64,000 nt of DNA from NCBI GenBank assembly GCA_973895155.1, contig OZ316892.1:24885233-24949232 (forward strand), read 5' to 3'. The notes under the pieces are model-generated. The model ran no database searches. It saw only the letters and a program-made list of their open reading frames with translations, and had not been told where the DNA came from. This stretch comes from Marsupella aquatica (taxonomy: Eukaryota; Plantae; Marchantiophyta). Positions 25,079 to 38,985 of the stretch are shown here, piece after piece (position 1 is the first letter of the stretch; every line of letters starts with the position of its first letter). Made by a program: the position numbers and the translations under genes.

Positions 25079-26700
25079 TTGACAAGACATCAAAATGTTA
25101 ACTTTGTTTTACCCAATTGTTTGTTGTTCTTAAATTTTATTTTTCTATTTTTTGATCTTTGCCTTGCATTAAACACAAAAAAATTGTGTTTGTTTCCCAT
25201 TGAAAAGATCATTGTTACTCTTTGTGACAAATGTGATGATGTAGTTCAACATAGTTTCAGGGGTTTCACTTCCACAAAAATCGTACATCACGTGCGATGA
25301 AAGATATGATCGTTTTATTGGTTCAAAGGGAAGACTTAAGAATTTTCTCACAAAAAGAATATGGTCTTTACTTATTAGAACATTAGGGTACTTTTAACCA
25401 ACTTTTTGGAATACTCCAAGAATATTCCAAGGCCTAAAAATGTCGCAGGTGATGGGGAGGTATCCATATATTAATGAGAACATCGAGAACGTGGTGCTAG
25501 GGATTTTGGAAGGAGCTTCCCATGGGGTCGGTAAAGAGCTCATTAAAACTCATTCCAACATATAAGTTATAGATCCAACGGAGGTTGGATGACAAGAAAG
25601 GGAATCAAGGCTTGCTGGTCGCCCAAATTAAGTTTAGGGGTAAGGTGCTCACAACTTACACCAAAACACAAACATAATAGTTTAGGGCAGACTATTGGGA
25701 TAACGGATCCTTTTTGGGGGTTGGGTACCCTCATTGTGAAATGGATTTTTAGACTTTAAAAAAAATGCTATTTTCCAGAATGTTCAAATTTTGGGACAAT
25801 TTTGGCAATTTTGGCAATTTCTCAGGTTCTTCCTAAGTATGGAAGTTAAGCAGGGCTTGAGGAATTGGTTGGAAACGAGCATGGATAGAAATTTTTATTA
25901 AAAGTATTCTTTTGGGGGAGAATGCAATCATTTTTGGCCCCTTTCTAGTTAGCGGTTAATAAGTCCCGGCTCACGTGTCTCTTTTACATATAGATTTCAG
26001 TTTTATCTTCTTTCTTTCTTGTCAATTTTGGTCCAGGAATTTGACAAAGGATAAGGCTACAACTTGGGGGTCTCACTTCAGTGAAACCGGCACATCCCTT
26101 GGATCAAAGAATATGGTTGTTTTATTGATTCTAAAGGAAAGCTTGAATTTTTTGTAATTAAACATTCTAACTAAGGGTCTTTTAATTCCGGTTTAAACTT
26201 ATAAGATAATATAAGGGAGTTTTTGGTCTGGGAGTGGTGAAAACACCTCCCTTTTTGCTCCATACTCGCCTCACAAAGATCCAACACTTTTGGCCTCATT
26301 TGTACTTAGGAAAACACAGAGGGGAAGGGGATGGGGAAGGGGGACTAAGGGGGCTTGCGGCGGGTTAAAGCTAGCCAGTAGCGACCTGCCATGTGGCAAT
26401 GAAAACCTGTATAGAAGCTCATACTAAGTTAAATACCAAATGGGGGCGGGTGGGTTGATAATTAGTATTGTCTGGGGGACAGGTTAGAAGTATTGGATAG
26501 TTTGGGGGGAAAGGTTAGTAAAAAGCTGAAACCCCCAAACTATATAAAATGGGAATTTTTTAGGGAAGGAAAAACCAAAAAGGGGGTAAAATTATGGGTT
26601 GTACCATATGCACCTTGATACGCACGTGGTCCATGTCGGCTGACGTCTACGAGACTAATAGCTGACAAGATTATCTATTTCTATGTGAGCTCAATTGGAT

Positions 26701-26820
26701 CTTGGAGTCTATGGAAATTGAAAGAAGAGGGGAAGCACTAGGAATTGTGGATGAAAGACACTTGGAGTCTATGGAAATTGAAAGAAGAAGAGAAGCACTA
26801 GGAATAGTGGAAGAAAGACA
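26701..26820. repeat. 60-bp tandem duplication
   Basis: cttggagtctatggaaattgaaagaaga.g.gaagcactaggaat.gtgga.gaaagaca occurs at 26701 and 26761. Confidence 0.9.
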
Positions 26821-29223
26821 GTTGTGGATGAAAGATACATTTTTTTTAATTTGTGGAAAAGAAGGTGCAGGTCCCCATCATAAACCACACAGAGGGACAA
26901 AAGCCACCCCAACAAAGAAACAACGGCGCCCAACACATGGGAGAAACCCGCCCAAACCCAACAATGAACAATGATGAAAGACACAATGATGAAGTCCTAG
27001 CATGATTTCTACAACCAGTCTGATTGTCAGCTCTTTGTATGTAAATAGGGGTGAGGATTTTCAGGCGTGTTGCCCGTTCACTGATTCACATTGACTTGGT
27101 TTCCAGTGACTCCTTGCACATTGTCTTTCTTGTGACTGTTGTGCACAGTTGTTCACTTTCCTCTTTGTTAGCCAATGATCAATTGAATGCATCAATCAAT
27201 CAGATCTAACGGCTAGAGTTGTTGCTAAAGCAAATAACCTAAATGTGAAGAAATGATATTTTTATAATTCTAAAAGTGAAAATAATGTGTACAAGAAGTT
27301 ACTTTTTGTTACTTTTTTAACAGGCCCCCACTCCTTGTTATTTGACTTCATTATTTTCTTTCCTCAAGTTTTTACAATTGTTGAGTCTAACCATTTTTGC
27401 TGGCCCGGGACAATCACAACCGGTCTTGTTTGTTGTCGCTGCAAATGTCATTGTATCTGGTTATGACAAAAACTGCTGACATGGCACAGCCATAGACCAG
27501 GAATTTTGAAATGGACTTGTCATGGGGGCCTGTAAACAAAATGTGCTTACAACCTTATTTCTGGTTTAAGGATACAATCTTGGGTTGGCAGTTTAGTTGA
27601 AATTGTCCAAAATTAAAGCATCGCTATGGATGCTTAACAGATATTGGAAAGTCTCTTTGAAGCTAGGATACCTGTCTTTATCTCTATTGTAATTCAAAAT
27701 AAAAAAATGTTATTACACTTGCTGAGTCATTAGCTCATATAGGATCTCCATCCAAACCGTTAGGATAAGGTGAATCCCAAAATGCTCTTTGCCTTAATGT
27801 ACAACTACTCTAAATTTGTGTTATATTAGGTGACAATTCATGCATTTATTTTAGTGGCAAAAATTTGCCAATTCCAAATCAATTAAAAGCCTTTGCCACA
27901 TTTGCTGAAAATTTTCCAGGCTGTTGGTCTTCAGTTACCAAGTTTCCCACCTAGCCACATACCCAAGTAGCCAAAATATGATGGTGACTTTTTAGTCTAG
28001 GGAGATCTAATAGTCATAAAGTAATCCAGTGAAATTAGACTAATTTTCTGAGCATATTCGCCTTCACATAAGGTGACTAAAATGGAGAAAGGCTAAAATG
28101 AAAAAAAACAAAACATCTGAAATTACTCTGGTGGAGATCCCTTCCAAACTATGCTAGCTCTGCTAAGGCTTGTTTATTTTTGCCGTGAAAGTAAGGGTGA
28201 CTTTACAGATCGAAGAGACTGAAGGGTGGAACGAAGGACATGTTTCCTACCAGACCACTTAAATATTTTCCTCAAAAGAAGGGTGCCTTTATACGTTGAA
28301 GGTTGAACGAAGAACTATCACAACTGACCGTGCCCACTATAGAAGATGTTGGTTCAATCCCTGTAAAGAACGGCGACTTTATAGATCTAGAGTTCAACTG
28401 AAGAAGTCTCCACATTGACACATTGACGGTGTCTGATGATAGAATCGGGAAGGAGCACTGGAGCAGATTGGAGGACAACACATTGTTGCTCGATCCGCTC
28501 CCCAACGATAAACGACAGTCACGTGAAAATGCGAAGGCCGGCCAGCGCAGACACTACGTTGTTCCGATGCGCTCATGCGCGGCAATAGTTCTGCTGTCAT
28601 TTATGGAGAGCTCTAGATTTAACGCAAATACCTACGGAGACATTTATTGGAGGGTCGGTCAGCTGTCTGGCCAAGGCAAGGCATGGCGAGGGAAGACAGC
28701 GCAGTGACGAATGAATGAGGGGCGAGGTCATCGCAGGAGTCTCATTATTAATTGAAGGTGGGGTGAGGGTCGGCCTTCGACGATTGCCATTTCTGCTGTG
28801 CCCACGGGGTGTACATACTACGTAGCACGGTGGCTGACTGGCTGTTGATCCTCGATGGACGCCGTAAGGAAAGTAGTAAGGAAGGCGGAGCAGCGGCAGA
28901 AGCAATTGTAGCAAAAAATCATTTATGAGCAAACGAGATCGAGGGTCGCAGGGAGCACCAGAATGCCCGTTGATCCCCTTTGCATTATTTTCTCTCGCTA
29001 TTCTCTCTCTCTCTCACACACGAGCCTAGACGAGCGGCGGGCGGAGCTCACGCAGTATAATAATGGACTGCTTTTTGCCATTCGGGATCAAAACAGTGAA
29101 ACGAAATCACTGATTGCTGCCGTAATGGATGGGCGCAATCTCGCCCTGGAAATGAGGGGGAATTGGGACCGTGGACCTACCATAGAATGCTGTTGCTTCG
29201 ATGTTTCCCGTTACAACTTTCGC

Positions 29224-29500
29224 TACACAGTCTACTCTCTCTAAGTGCACATCTAAAGGCGCTCCAGACGTGCAAACCATGGATAACTGCAAGGAGTCCC
29301 GTTGATCCTTTTTTTGTGGAGTGCACTTTTCCGCACTCTTTGTAAATTCAAACAGGCAAAACGACCTCTGTGACAACTATATAAGTGCAAAACCTTAACA
29401 AGTTTATATGAACACTTATTGAACACTTATTGGTGAGTGCACATTTCCATAAATATACACTTGATGATAAGTGCATGACATGTTTTTGTGCCGTATAGAA
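29224..29500 (+). mobile_element. Dispersed repeat / old MITE-like element, copy A
   Basis: AAGTGCA-rich. Collinear blocks match the reverse complement of 42170-42425: ggataa.tgcaagg.gtcc.gtt, tatataagtgcaaa.cc and atacactt..tgataagtgca. Confidence 0.55.
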
Positions 29501-30849
29501 TCGTAGGGGATCATGTTTAGGGCAAGGATGTACAATTTAGGGTGTGAGTTATGGGAATGTTCATTGGGAGAGGGGCCACAAAGAGATGGGAATGATACAA
29601 TTTTATCAATAAGTACACACTTTCACATTCACAGCTATCACTTAGTGCAAACTTGCATTAAAGCACCACTTTCCATCCCTAAAATCTGGATTCACCAGGT
29701 TTCTAACTGTAGGACATAAAAACTTATAACTGATGTTCGATTGTAATGGGCAGAGTTAAGTGAGTCAGGTCTGTGAGCCTTTGCAGCTTTTATATGTTCA
29801 GCAGAGGGTTAAGTGCACACAGGAGGCTTCTTCCTGGAGAGAGAGACTACCAGTGTAATTTAAAGCATTTTTGACGTTTGCTAGTGTGGCTAGCTATACT
29901 AGTTCCCATCATTTTTACCCCCAGATATCACTCGAGGGAGGATGACCATTAGATTCTGGCTAATGGGGTCTATGGCTAGGTGGGGAAAGTGACATGGTAG
30001 ACAGAAAAGCAAGCTAGTTTTCGCCAAAGGTGGGGAAGATTGTTTAGAGAGGCGGAGTCTAGCGAATTCTCGACACTGAAACAACGCCTGGAGACTACTG
30101 TAAAAAGAAGCACAATCCAGGGCTGCGAAGCTTTTTCAGGGTTGCTGGAAATGAATGGGACGGGGATGGAAAAGGCAGGGATCTCGTCTTTCAGGTGAAG
30201 ATCCTGGTGGAAGTTGAAAGCCACTGAGCACAGCGCTCCAAAGCCAAGTACAAAAGGTCGTACAAGACTGCCAGTACCATTTATTTCTTCTGGCAACATG
30301 CTGTAGTGAAGTGATTGTCGAGGCCAGGCCAAAAAGCGTTTCGTGGGATGTCTTTTATTCGAAGACTGGGTTAGCTTCATCTGAAGACTGGGGGGACTTC
30401 ACTTTACTTTACTGGGGGGACCAGGCCTGGTTGGACGACTTAGGGGGCTTGAGATACTAGGCAGAAAATGAGGGTCACTTCTAAGATTTTGTTTTCTAAA
30501 TGTCATCAACAAATGATCCACCGCTTCTAAGATTTTGCCTTTTTACTTTTCAGATTTTGGTTTTAGATTTCCTCTACAAATGATTTGCCTTTACATTTCA
30601 ACATACTATTCATCTAATATTTCACTTATACATTTCATCATAACCTTCATATCAAATGACCTCTTCATTTTGACTTTACATGAATTGAGAGTTCACTTGC
30701 ACTAGAAATATCCCAATCCTACGTGGACTGGTGGGTCCCCAAAATGCATGCACATTGTAATCCTAGCCGGTGTTTAGACTTGCCAGTATCTCCTCTCATT
30801 TTGTCAGTATTTATTAAATACATTATGTGACCACTTTTTTTGTTTGTTC

Positions 30850-31620
30850 ACTTATCCTTGTAAAGGCCTCCTTATAGCAGTGTTCAGTTGCACTATCCAA
30901 CCACCTGTTTTGGTCAGGAGAAGGTCTAAATGGACAGTCAATTTTTGTTCTATCTTTCTTGTAAGAGGCCCTCTTATTATACAAGTGCAGTCACCAACTG
31001 AAGAAGCTTTAGTCCTTGTGCAAATTGAATATCCCACCCTTTTTTTACCCATGCTCTCGTAAAATAAGTATCCTTATTCTTGTAAAGCCCCTTGTAGCAA
31101 TGTTCAGTCGCACTATCCCACCACCTTTTTGGTGAGGAGGTAGTCTAAACGGAGTCAATTTTTGTTCTATCTTTGTAAAGCCCTTGCACCTTTTTGGTCA
31201 GGAGGCATCTAAATAGATAGTAACTTTTGGTTAAGAGGTTCTGTCTTGTAAAGCCCCCCTTATTTCCATCTGTTTTGATTGGAACGCTGGTGGACTGTCA
31301 TTTTTTGATCTCTCTTTCTTGTAAAGCCCTCCCTTTTCCTTGTCAAAGCCCCCTTATAATGGTCAGTCAATTTTTGTTCTCTCTTTGTTCTCGCTTTCTT
31401 AGACGGTCAATTTTTTCCTCCCTTTCTTGCAAAGCCCTCCGTTCTTCTTGTCAAAGCCCCCTCATAAATGGCCAGTAAAGTTTTGTTCTCTTTGTTCTCT
31501 TTGTTCTCGCCTTCTTGTAAAGCCCCGAGCAGTGCATTCACAGATTGCAAATAAATGGTCAGTCAACTTTTGCTCTCTCTTTGTTCTCTCTTTGTTCTCG
31601 CTTCCTTGTAAAAGGGCCTC
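30850..31620. repeat. Pyrimidine-rich degenerate tandem array
   Basis: Repeated cttgtaaagccc and gtcaatttttgttct(a/c)tcttt motifs, about 10 copies with variable spacing. Confidence 0.7.
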
Positions 31621-32021
31621 CACCCCCATTAGAGCAGATACAGTCACCGATTGCAAAATGGATACACCCTCGGACCACACACCGATATTGTCATACATCG
31701 GCAGCTCTTACGAGGATCACACAAGAAGCCCGAGGCTGCCTGGCTGGCTGGCGCTGCTGACCACCTTCTGGCCGTTCGGTGAGCAGATAACCTGTACCGG
31801 AGAGAATGAAAGACCTGGAGCGTTGCGTACCCACACCCACGATCTGGATCGGACAGTGTACAGTCCCAGGTGTGAACCAAATTGGTGCTCATCTGCTCAT
31901 CTGCTCATCGAAGCAGCTTTCAGTCATGTAGTAAAGAATATTCAAATCACAACAAGACGACGAGCAGTCTGACGGTCACGACAGTCTTTTCGCACCTTCG
32001 ATACAGATACAGTCTACGCCC

Positions 32022-32454
32022 TTACGGGGTCGTCTAGGAGTAGGAGAATACATTAATTAAAAGGAAGCTAGCGTGTACTCCGAAAGATCAAGTCGAACCG
32101 CATGTTGCTAAGATTCTGGATATCAATGTAAAGACGAAAACGATTCACCTTCAGAGATATCGTGGTACGATGCCTCATCAGAATTTCTTCTTTCCCGAGG
32201 CCTGTGCGGCGAGAGAGAGCGTAATAGCGTATAAGGTACTTCAGTACAGTAATAAAGAGTTTGGTGAGTACCCACAAGGCCACAACGTCTGTCAGGATGG
32301 GGACGAGGTAAACGAACCAGGAGGCCTGTTAGCAGCGAGCGCCATATCCAATCTCAGGTGTGTCGTCCTAATTAGCCTGACTGAAATCTGAGGATACCTC
32401 TTCAGTACGGCTCTGCCTGGACGGGGGACAGGAAAGATTGATCCTCTCTGACAT
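32022..32454 (-). CDS. Candidate small single-pass membrane protein (~81 aa); exons 32454-32398, 32325-32149, 32033-32022
   Basis: MSERINLSCPPSRQSRTEE|ASWFVYLVPILTDVVALWVLTKLFITVLKYLIRYYALSRRTGLGKEEILMRHRTTISLK|TTP*. Introns are phase-0 GT-AG (72 nt ending CTAACAG; the second ends TTCTCCTACTCCTAG). No homology recognised. Confidence 0.35.
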
Positions 32455-33327
32455 GACGAACAAATAATACCCGTCCGTTGCGTAGTAACGTCGTAGGCTG
32501 TCGATGGCACGAGTTCTACAGTCGATGGAGAGGGTAAGACCGTAAGAGGAACTGTCAATGGGGCCATTATCGGTAAATGACAAAATCCTTCGTGGATCGC
32601 AGTGATGTCAGCGGACATGATGGGCAAGCCACTCAGTAACATAATTAAATTGGACGTGAAAAGTCAGATGCAAAACAAAAGAGGGCGGACAAATCAGACA
32701 AGCACCTCAAGAAAGGTCATACCCGAATCATGAAGAAAGTAATAAAGGAATTTAGACAAACTATAACACAACACTTGTCACGTACATGGCAATAAAGATA
32801 ATGTCCCGTGCGAAAATAGAGTTATAATACTCGCAGCATTGGGCCGTAACCACCCCCTGCTGACCTGCTTCACATAGACTAAAGACTATACTACTCGTAT
32901 TAGTGTCCCTATGGACCCACACTAGAACTGTCTACAGCTGTTCTACACACCGCAGTGTCACCGAACGTGACCAGAGCCACTTCGGCAGTTCGCAACAAAA
33001 CCCTTTCTCGACTATACATTAAACATCAAGATGAGGCAGTTGTCATAGTCTGATAAACATGTCCAGCTAAACACTCAAAAAAAATTTGAGTACACTTTTG
33101 ACTGTTGGTCCTGAATAGTAGTACTCCACAAGCACCCTACAAGACGCCACAGTTACCCTCAATAAACTACCGTAGAAGCTCCTTGATGGTGAACTGCTCG
33201 CTCTTGTGGCCTGTGTGGATTTGCATAACATAAACACTTCATCTCGTCGAAACTTCTAACGAGAACATTGCACGGTATACAAACCCTGCTTCTGATGATA
33301 AACTTTGGACGGAAGGGAGCCCCAATG

Positions 33328-35618
33328 TCATGAGACCAGGGTTGAGACACAGTGGTCTACAGGAACGGCCCCTGAAACCTCATATGACTCCTGCTGAGCA
33401 AGCGTCTGAGCTTGACGCCGTTTCTTATAACTGGCCTTGAAACAAGCCTGGCGGAGCCTTTTAGTCCGCTCTGCAAGCTCGATTCCTGGCCTTTCTTCCA
33501 TTCTCTTCTTCTGGTGCTCAAGCTCTTTGACGGCATTCATGACAGGGGCAGAGGTTTTACCCTCTGGACCTTTGGCTAACTCCTGCATGGCGGAAATCGA
33601 GAACAAGAGCGTTCAGTACAGGGATCATAATTAGCACCGCTAGTCAGCGATAGGAAGTCATTTCAGCCTATTGCATCAAAAAAGCGCCCGAAACCTGTCC
33701 CTCACTGTAAGCAGTGGTAAGGAAGCTGTAAACAAGTGGTGCAGGAATGTGGGAAACACAGCTTAAGAATCTCATCACTTACGAACACTAAGAGATGACA
33801 CGAAGAAAGGAAGATTATCAGGTGCACACAATGCAAATGATTCCAATCATATTTGGAGTACAAAAGCTATGAGCGGAAACAATTCAAATTCGGTCAGTCA
33901 GCCTTCGCAACTGAAAAATTTGGCACTCCTATTGTAGAAGAATACCAAGCGTTCACGCAAACGAAATTTATCGCAGATCACGAAGTGGATCAGTTCTACA
34001 ATGGAAGACCAAGTACATACTACCGACAGTCAATTTCGGAACTGTCACATTTAAGTCCACGCATTTACGACTGGAAAGGAAGTGCAGAGGCTCCCTAGAC
34101 AGCGGTTTATCAAAGTACAAGAGAAATGGCCAAATGCATGACACTGACAATACCAGGTGCTAACGTAAACATCAACAGAATTCCATCCTGACGAGCCGGT
34201 GCGAAGGAAGTTCCAGTTCTGGACGTCAATTGCAATGCAGGAGGGAAGCGGGAAAAAATTGCACATACTTGAATATTATGGATCAAACTGTCAAGACTCT
34301 TCATTTTCCTGTGGGGCCAACGAGGGATGCCAAACTCGCGGCACCTTTTCTTCAGAACTGTCAATCCAACCTTCAGCTCCTTCGAAGCCTGCGTGATTGG
34401 CATGTTGAAGTAATTCGACAGTTCAGTGAGAGTTATCTCAGTCATCCGCTCTGTGGGTCCCCGCTGGTGATGGTTGGAAGCTCCAGAAACCTTCTCCAAC
34501 ATGTTTCTTGTAGTCACGCCTTCTTTGCGGGAGAGGCACGGCTCTGTGAGCTGAGAGCTCGTCTCCTGAGGCGACATTTCATTGCTGCAATCGGACAGAC
34601 TGAGTTTTGTGGAATGAGGGGCCAGCGATTGAAGAGAAAAGACAGAGGGCTGCCGCTCACTGCCAATTGGAGGGGTGCAAACACTTTCATCACTACAGTG
34701 TGACCTTGTCCTCTCAACACCTTTCCTCGGAGGCACAGCGCCACGCATTTTGTGTGGCATGGAGCCATTCGTCCCAGCGAGAACCGACTCGGTATGACCA
34801 GAGCTCAATTTTCCTCCAGGGTGCGCCAATTCACGGTACGTGGGAAGCCTGCCATGGCCCATGTTGTTCTGGCTTGACGAGGACTCAAGGGCATAATCGA
34901 ATGTCCCACTCAGTGAGTTCAACCCCAGGTTAGGAGAGCTCCAAGACGAGCACCCAGCTTTCTGGTTGGTCGCCAAGCTAGAAGTTGGGCTGGGTGCAGA
35001 CATCAGAGCTGCATCACAACATACAGGGAAAAACTAAAATGAAGAAGATAAATCTATACAAACGGTATCATACGAGTGCGTAAATCATAGAAGCTGAAGA
35101 TGTGACAGTCGTTTCAGAAGCGGAGAAACGGGCATTACATCCGATAGGGCAGCACGAACAAGAAGGAAGAGTTAGCCACAGGGTGTAAGACACAGCATTG
35201 ACGAACCTGTAAAAGGAACGCTGGTCATGTTACTTGTCCACGACGAGCCCAAAATGCAAGTATCGAACATTCGAGGACTTGCCAGCTCGAGGTCTGAACC
35301 CCACTCGTGAAGGGTTTCCAGCTGCAAGTTGGAGCCATCGCCCATGCCCTCTTCGCGTGTGTCGTTAGACCCCGCTGAAAGGCCAGACGAGTAAGACATA
35401 GCAGGCAAGCACCACTTCGGGGGGATCCAAGAACGGGTATCCTCACGAGCAGCTCCGATTCCTGTTCGATGATCCTGCTCAGGAGACGAGGGATGAAACG
35501 GCAGCGATGCACATTGCATTGAGGAAACTCCACTTCTAACGGCCTTCTCGACCAGACTCAAATCAAATGACAAACCAGGACGTGTCGTCAAGGCAGGATT
35601 CCTGCAACCAGAACACAT
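33328..35618 (-). CDS. RKD: RWP-RK domain transcription factor, RKD subfamily; exons (35618, 35519 or 35399)-35207, 35008-34269, 33582-33328
   Basis: [56 protein letters not shown]|ELAKG...[37 protein letters not shown]. This is an RWP-RK domain plus the RKD-type C-terminal '[11 protein letters not shown]' motif, with no PB1 domain, so it is not an NLP. Phases 1 and 0 join in frame. The start codon is ambiguous (395-468 aa). Confidence 0.92.
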
Positions 35619-38600
35619 AAAGAATGTCTCAGGCCAGAGACTCCAGGTAGATCCCGCTGTCGAGTTCTTACGAGTAAAGAGAATGCTAAAGGGAGTAAAC
35701 TGAGTATGAGTTGGAGCTCAGAAGGCTCGCACACAGTGAAAAGCAACTGACAGTCCTGTTTCAAGATTTCCTGCGGGGGTTCGTCTGACAGGGCACGACC
35801 GAGCCTAAGTGACGCTTCGAAAGACAAAGAACAAATGCGATGCCTCAGAAAGAGCTTCTACCTCTATACACTTCGGAGGGGCATGATAGACGTGGAGAGA
35901 GGGGCTTCACTAAGGAAGACTATAATGCAATGCTACACAGATCGATCTAAACCAGGCGCATGATGGTGCCCACAGCACCCATGGGCGTAGGGTTACGAAA
36001 GGAACGGGATCAATAATTTCAGTATCAAGGTCTGAGGGACTAGGAATTCTTGCTGAACACCTGTGTAAGGTCAATCATTAATGTACAAGTGAGCACTTTG
36101 ATGAGCTCAGGAACACGTGCCAGAATTTATCACAAGCTTGGAAACAGTCGACAGGCTCTTACGGGGAGGACAAAATCAAATTATACTCCACATCGTTCGC
36201 CAATCACAGGCAGCTTTGAGAGTCAAAAACACCGCAGCGGCAGGATGAAAACTGAATGGGAACGAAATCATATCTTCGCCGTGGCACACTTCATTGAGGC
36301 TGGTCCGAAATCCCCAAAAGGACGTGTTCGGAGGGGCCCCTTGCACTCTGCAACCAGTGGTCTAAGAACGAATTTAGTCCCAGGCCAGATTAGACTAAAT
36401 TGCTCTAAATCCAGGCCTCTCGCTGGACTCAGAGGCCCAGTAGCCTCGACAGATGTGTGCACAGACATACAGCGATCAGACACTTTCTAGGCACGGACCT
36501 TAGGAACGACTAGTGGGTCACATGGAGTACAGAGTCACTTTGATCCTCGTCCGAAGACGGACCGCCCACTCTAAGCCGAAGTAAGAACCCCTTCACTTCA
36601 CTGTTGAGGTTAACGAGCATGTTCCTCGGATGGAAGGTTCAAGACCGCAACCCGGAGTAAAGCCAGCATTCTTGCTGGAAGATGTGAAACTGGACTAACC
36701 AGGAAACCATGACACAGCTTGGCTTCTGCACCCGCAGCCAGCCAACCAGCTCAGAAGTCGCCTCCGCGGGTCCTTCAGTCAGTCACGAAACTTAAGCCCG
36801 TGATGGAGGGTTTAAAGTGCAAAGCGAGCTGACGACGTTCACATCAAGCAACGTGTATTCCCCTTCGGATCACAAGAGCACGTCACATGCCGCTAGAAAA
36901 GCTCCACTGTACAGAAATCTCGAAACTATGACCTAGAACAAAGATAGGAGAACCAAACGTTTCCAAAGGACTTGTGTGATGAGGTCAACACCTTCCATTG
37001 CTCTCTCTCTCTCTAATGGTTGGAAGTGAGGGCGAGGGCAAGTCAGACAACTCTACACGACGAAACCCTCCGCCATTAAAGCAGGTAACACACATAGAGC
37101 AATGATACACTCCCAGGGCAAGAGCACAGTAGACAGTGAAGAACGCGAGTGTCGACTATGACGAACGAAAGGAGAGGGATATGGGCATCATCGACCAGAC
37201 TTGGACAAGCGAAAGAGAACCTACATGAAAGATTGACCAACAGCACGAGACACCAAAATGCACTACCGACATCATCTCAATGTTGACAAAGTCAGCGTCA
37301 CCAACACCATCCTTTCCCACGGCTGTCTTTTCGACAGTGTTTCAAAATCATCAGTAGGCGATAATCTCGCTGCTACTACTATCTTTGCCGAACTATTATT
37401 GATATGAACAAGCAATTCGCCATACACTACTGCTACTTACTTATTACCCTAGTCCTGCTCCTGCCTTCGGTGGGGGCCAACATCAGCAACGAACAGAAGG
37501 AATCTACCTATCTTCGAAGAAACACCTTCTTACATTCCTCTGGCAGGGGAAAGGAACCTGGTAAACGAACACCAGCAACTCCTCCTTCTCCTCCTCCAAC
37601 AACACCACCAAAACTATAACAACCCCCAAAAACCTCAACCCAGCACAAGCACACCACCGGCACGACCATCCGCAGACAGCACAAGAGGTCCAACGAAAGA
37701 CAAGAAAAAAAGCAAACCTGGGTTGGAAAGATGCTAAAAAACATCGGCGATTGCTCGCGGCCGAGAGCGGGAAGGGGAGGCGGCGGGGAATGTAGGGACG
37801 CAGCGCAGGCCGGTGTTTCCCATCCCACCCCGCATGTCTCTCTGCCCTGATGGCCTCTCAGTGACGCTTTCTCCCTTCTCGCTTCCTTCCTTCCTTCTCT
37901 CGTCCCCAAACACCTCGTCTACTACTGCTGGTCTACTCCTGTACTACTCTACACTGCTTCCCCAACCCTCGGAGCCCCCCTCCTTCCACTCAAAGCCGCC
38001 ATACCCAAACACGGACGGACGGACGGACGGAAAATCTACCTCCCCTGGCACTCTCCTCTCACTCCCCTCCGTCCCTTGGTTCCCGATCCTGCCGCTCCCT
38101 CATCAGGTTCGGAGGCTCTGGGTGTGGGACAGTGGGCAGGATGCGCGCGCGGAAAAAGAGAGGGGAGTGGCACTTCACTCTTTCCACGGCAGGCCACTGT
38201 CTGACCGCCGCCTGGCATCCGAGCCACGCTGATTCGCCCCCCGTGAAAAGACCAGGCATCCGCCCCGAACTGTGGCTTGCTCCAGCCTCTCACACGCCGC
38301 CGCGTACCCCAGACGGACAGGGCTTAGAGCAGTAAGTTGCCCGCCCTGTTTAGTGTCTGCCTTTTGTGTGTCTGCTGCACCACTGGAAATTAACGTGGAG
38401 GATTAGACTCGTGGGTGGGGATACGGAAGCATTGTACTATTCTGTACAGACAGGACTGTACAGTTTGTGGTCTAGTACAGTAGCCCTCTCCATACAGGAA
38501 CCTGTAGACGGGTCCAGGGCCCGTATGACCCTGAGCCTTCGCGGACGTTTCCGTAGCTGCCACTCTACTATCCAATGTGCTTCTATCGCGAGAGGGATGC

Positions 38601-38712
38601 CATTGTCTCACGGTCCCATGAGGCAGACGCCTTTGAACGGCTGACGTTGTCATGAATGTCAGGGAGGGGTGGACCTCAAATGAAATGCATTGGCGTTCGT
38701 GCCGTCGGCCCT

Positions 38713-38985
38713 CAAAACTCGCGAGGTTGGGGTGGGCAGGATCGACGTCCGTGACCACCTCACGTCCAGCGGCATTCTCATTGGCCTTCGTCACGACTAA
38801 GGGAGGCTTTATGAGCTAGGCTTCTTTTTATTCCCTTTCAGATTAAATTTAGACCCGGCGGAAATGGCACACAAAACTCGCGGGGTTTCGGGGCGTGCAG
38901 AATTTCTTCGACGATCACTTCCTTTCTCATTGGCCTCCATCACATTGTGAATAAGGGACTGAGGGTGCTTTCATATAAGCCACTG
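38713..38985. repeat. ~160-bp degenerate direct duplication upstream of RKD
   Basis: aaaactcgcg.ggtt.gggg..(g/t)gcag.at...ttctcattggcct..(g/a)tcac...aaggga occurs at about 38713 and 38873. Each copy has an ATTGG (reverse CCAAT) box. Confidence 0.55.

Noticed and set aside
34110-34268. Hydrophobic C-terminal extension of ORF 34110..35003
   Set aside because: Read-through into the RKD intron (donor CAA|GTATGT at 34268). The true C-terminus is exon 33582-33328.
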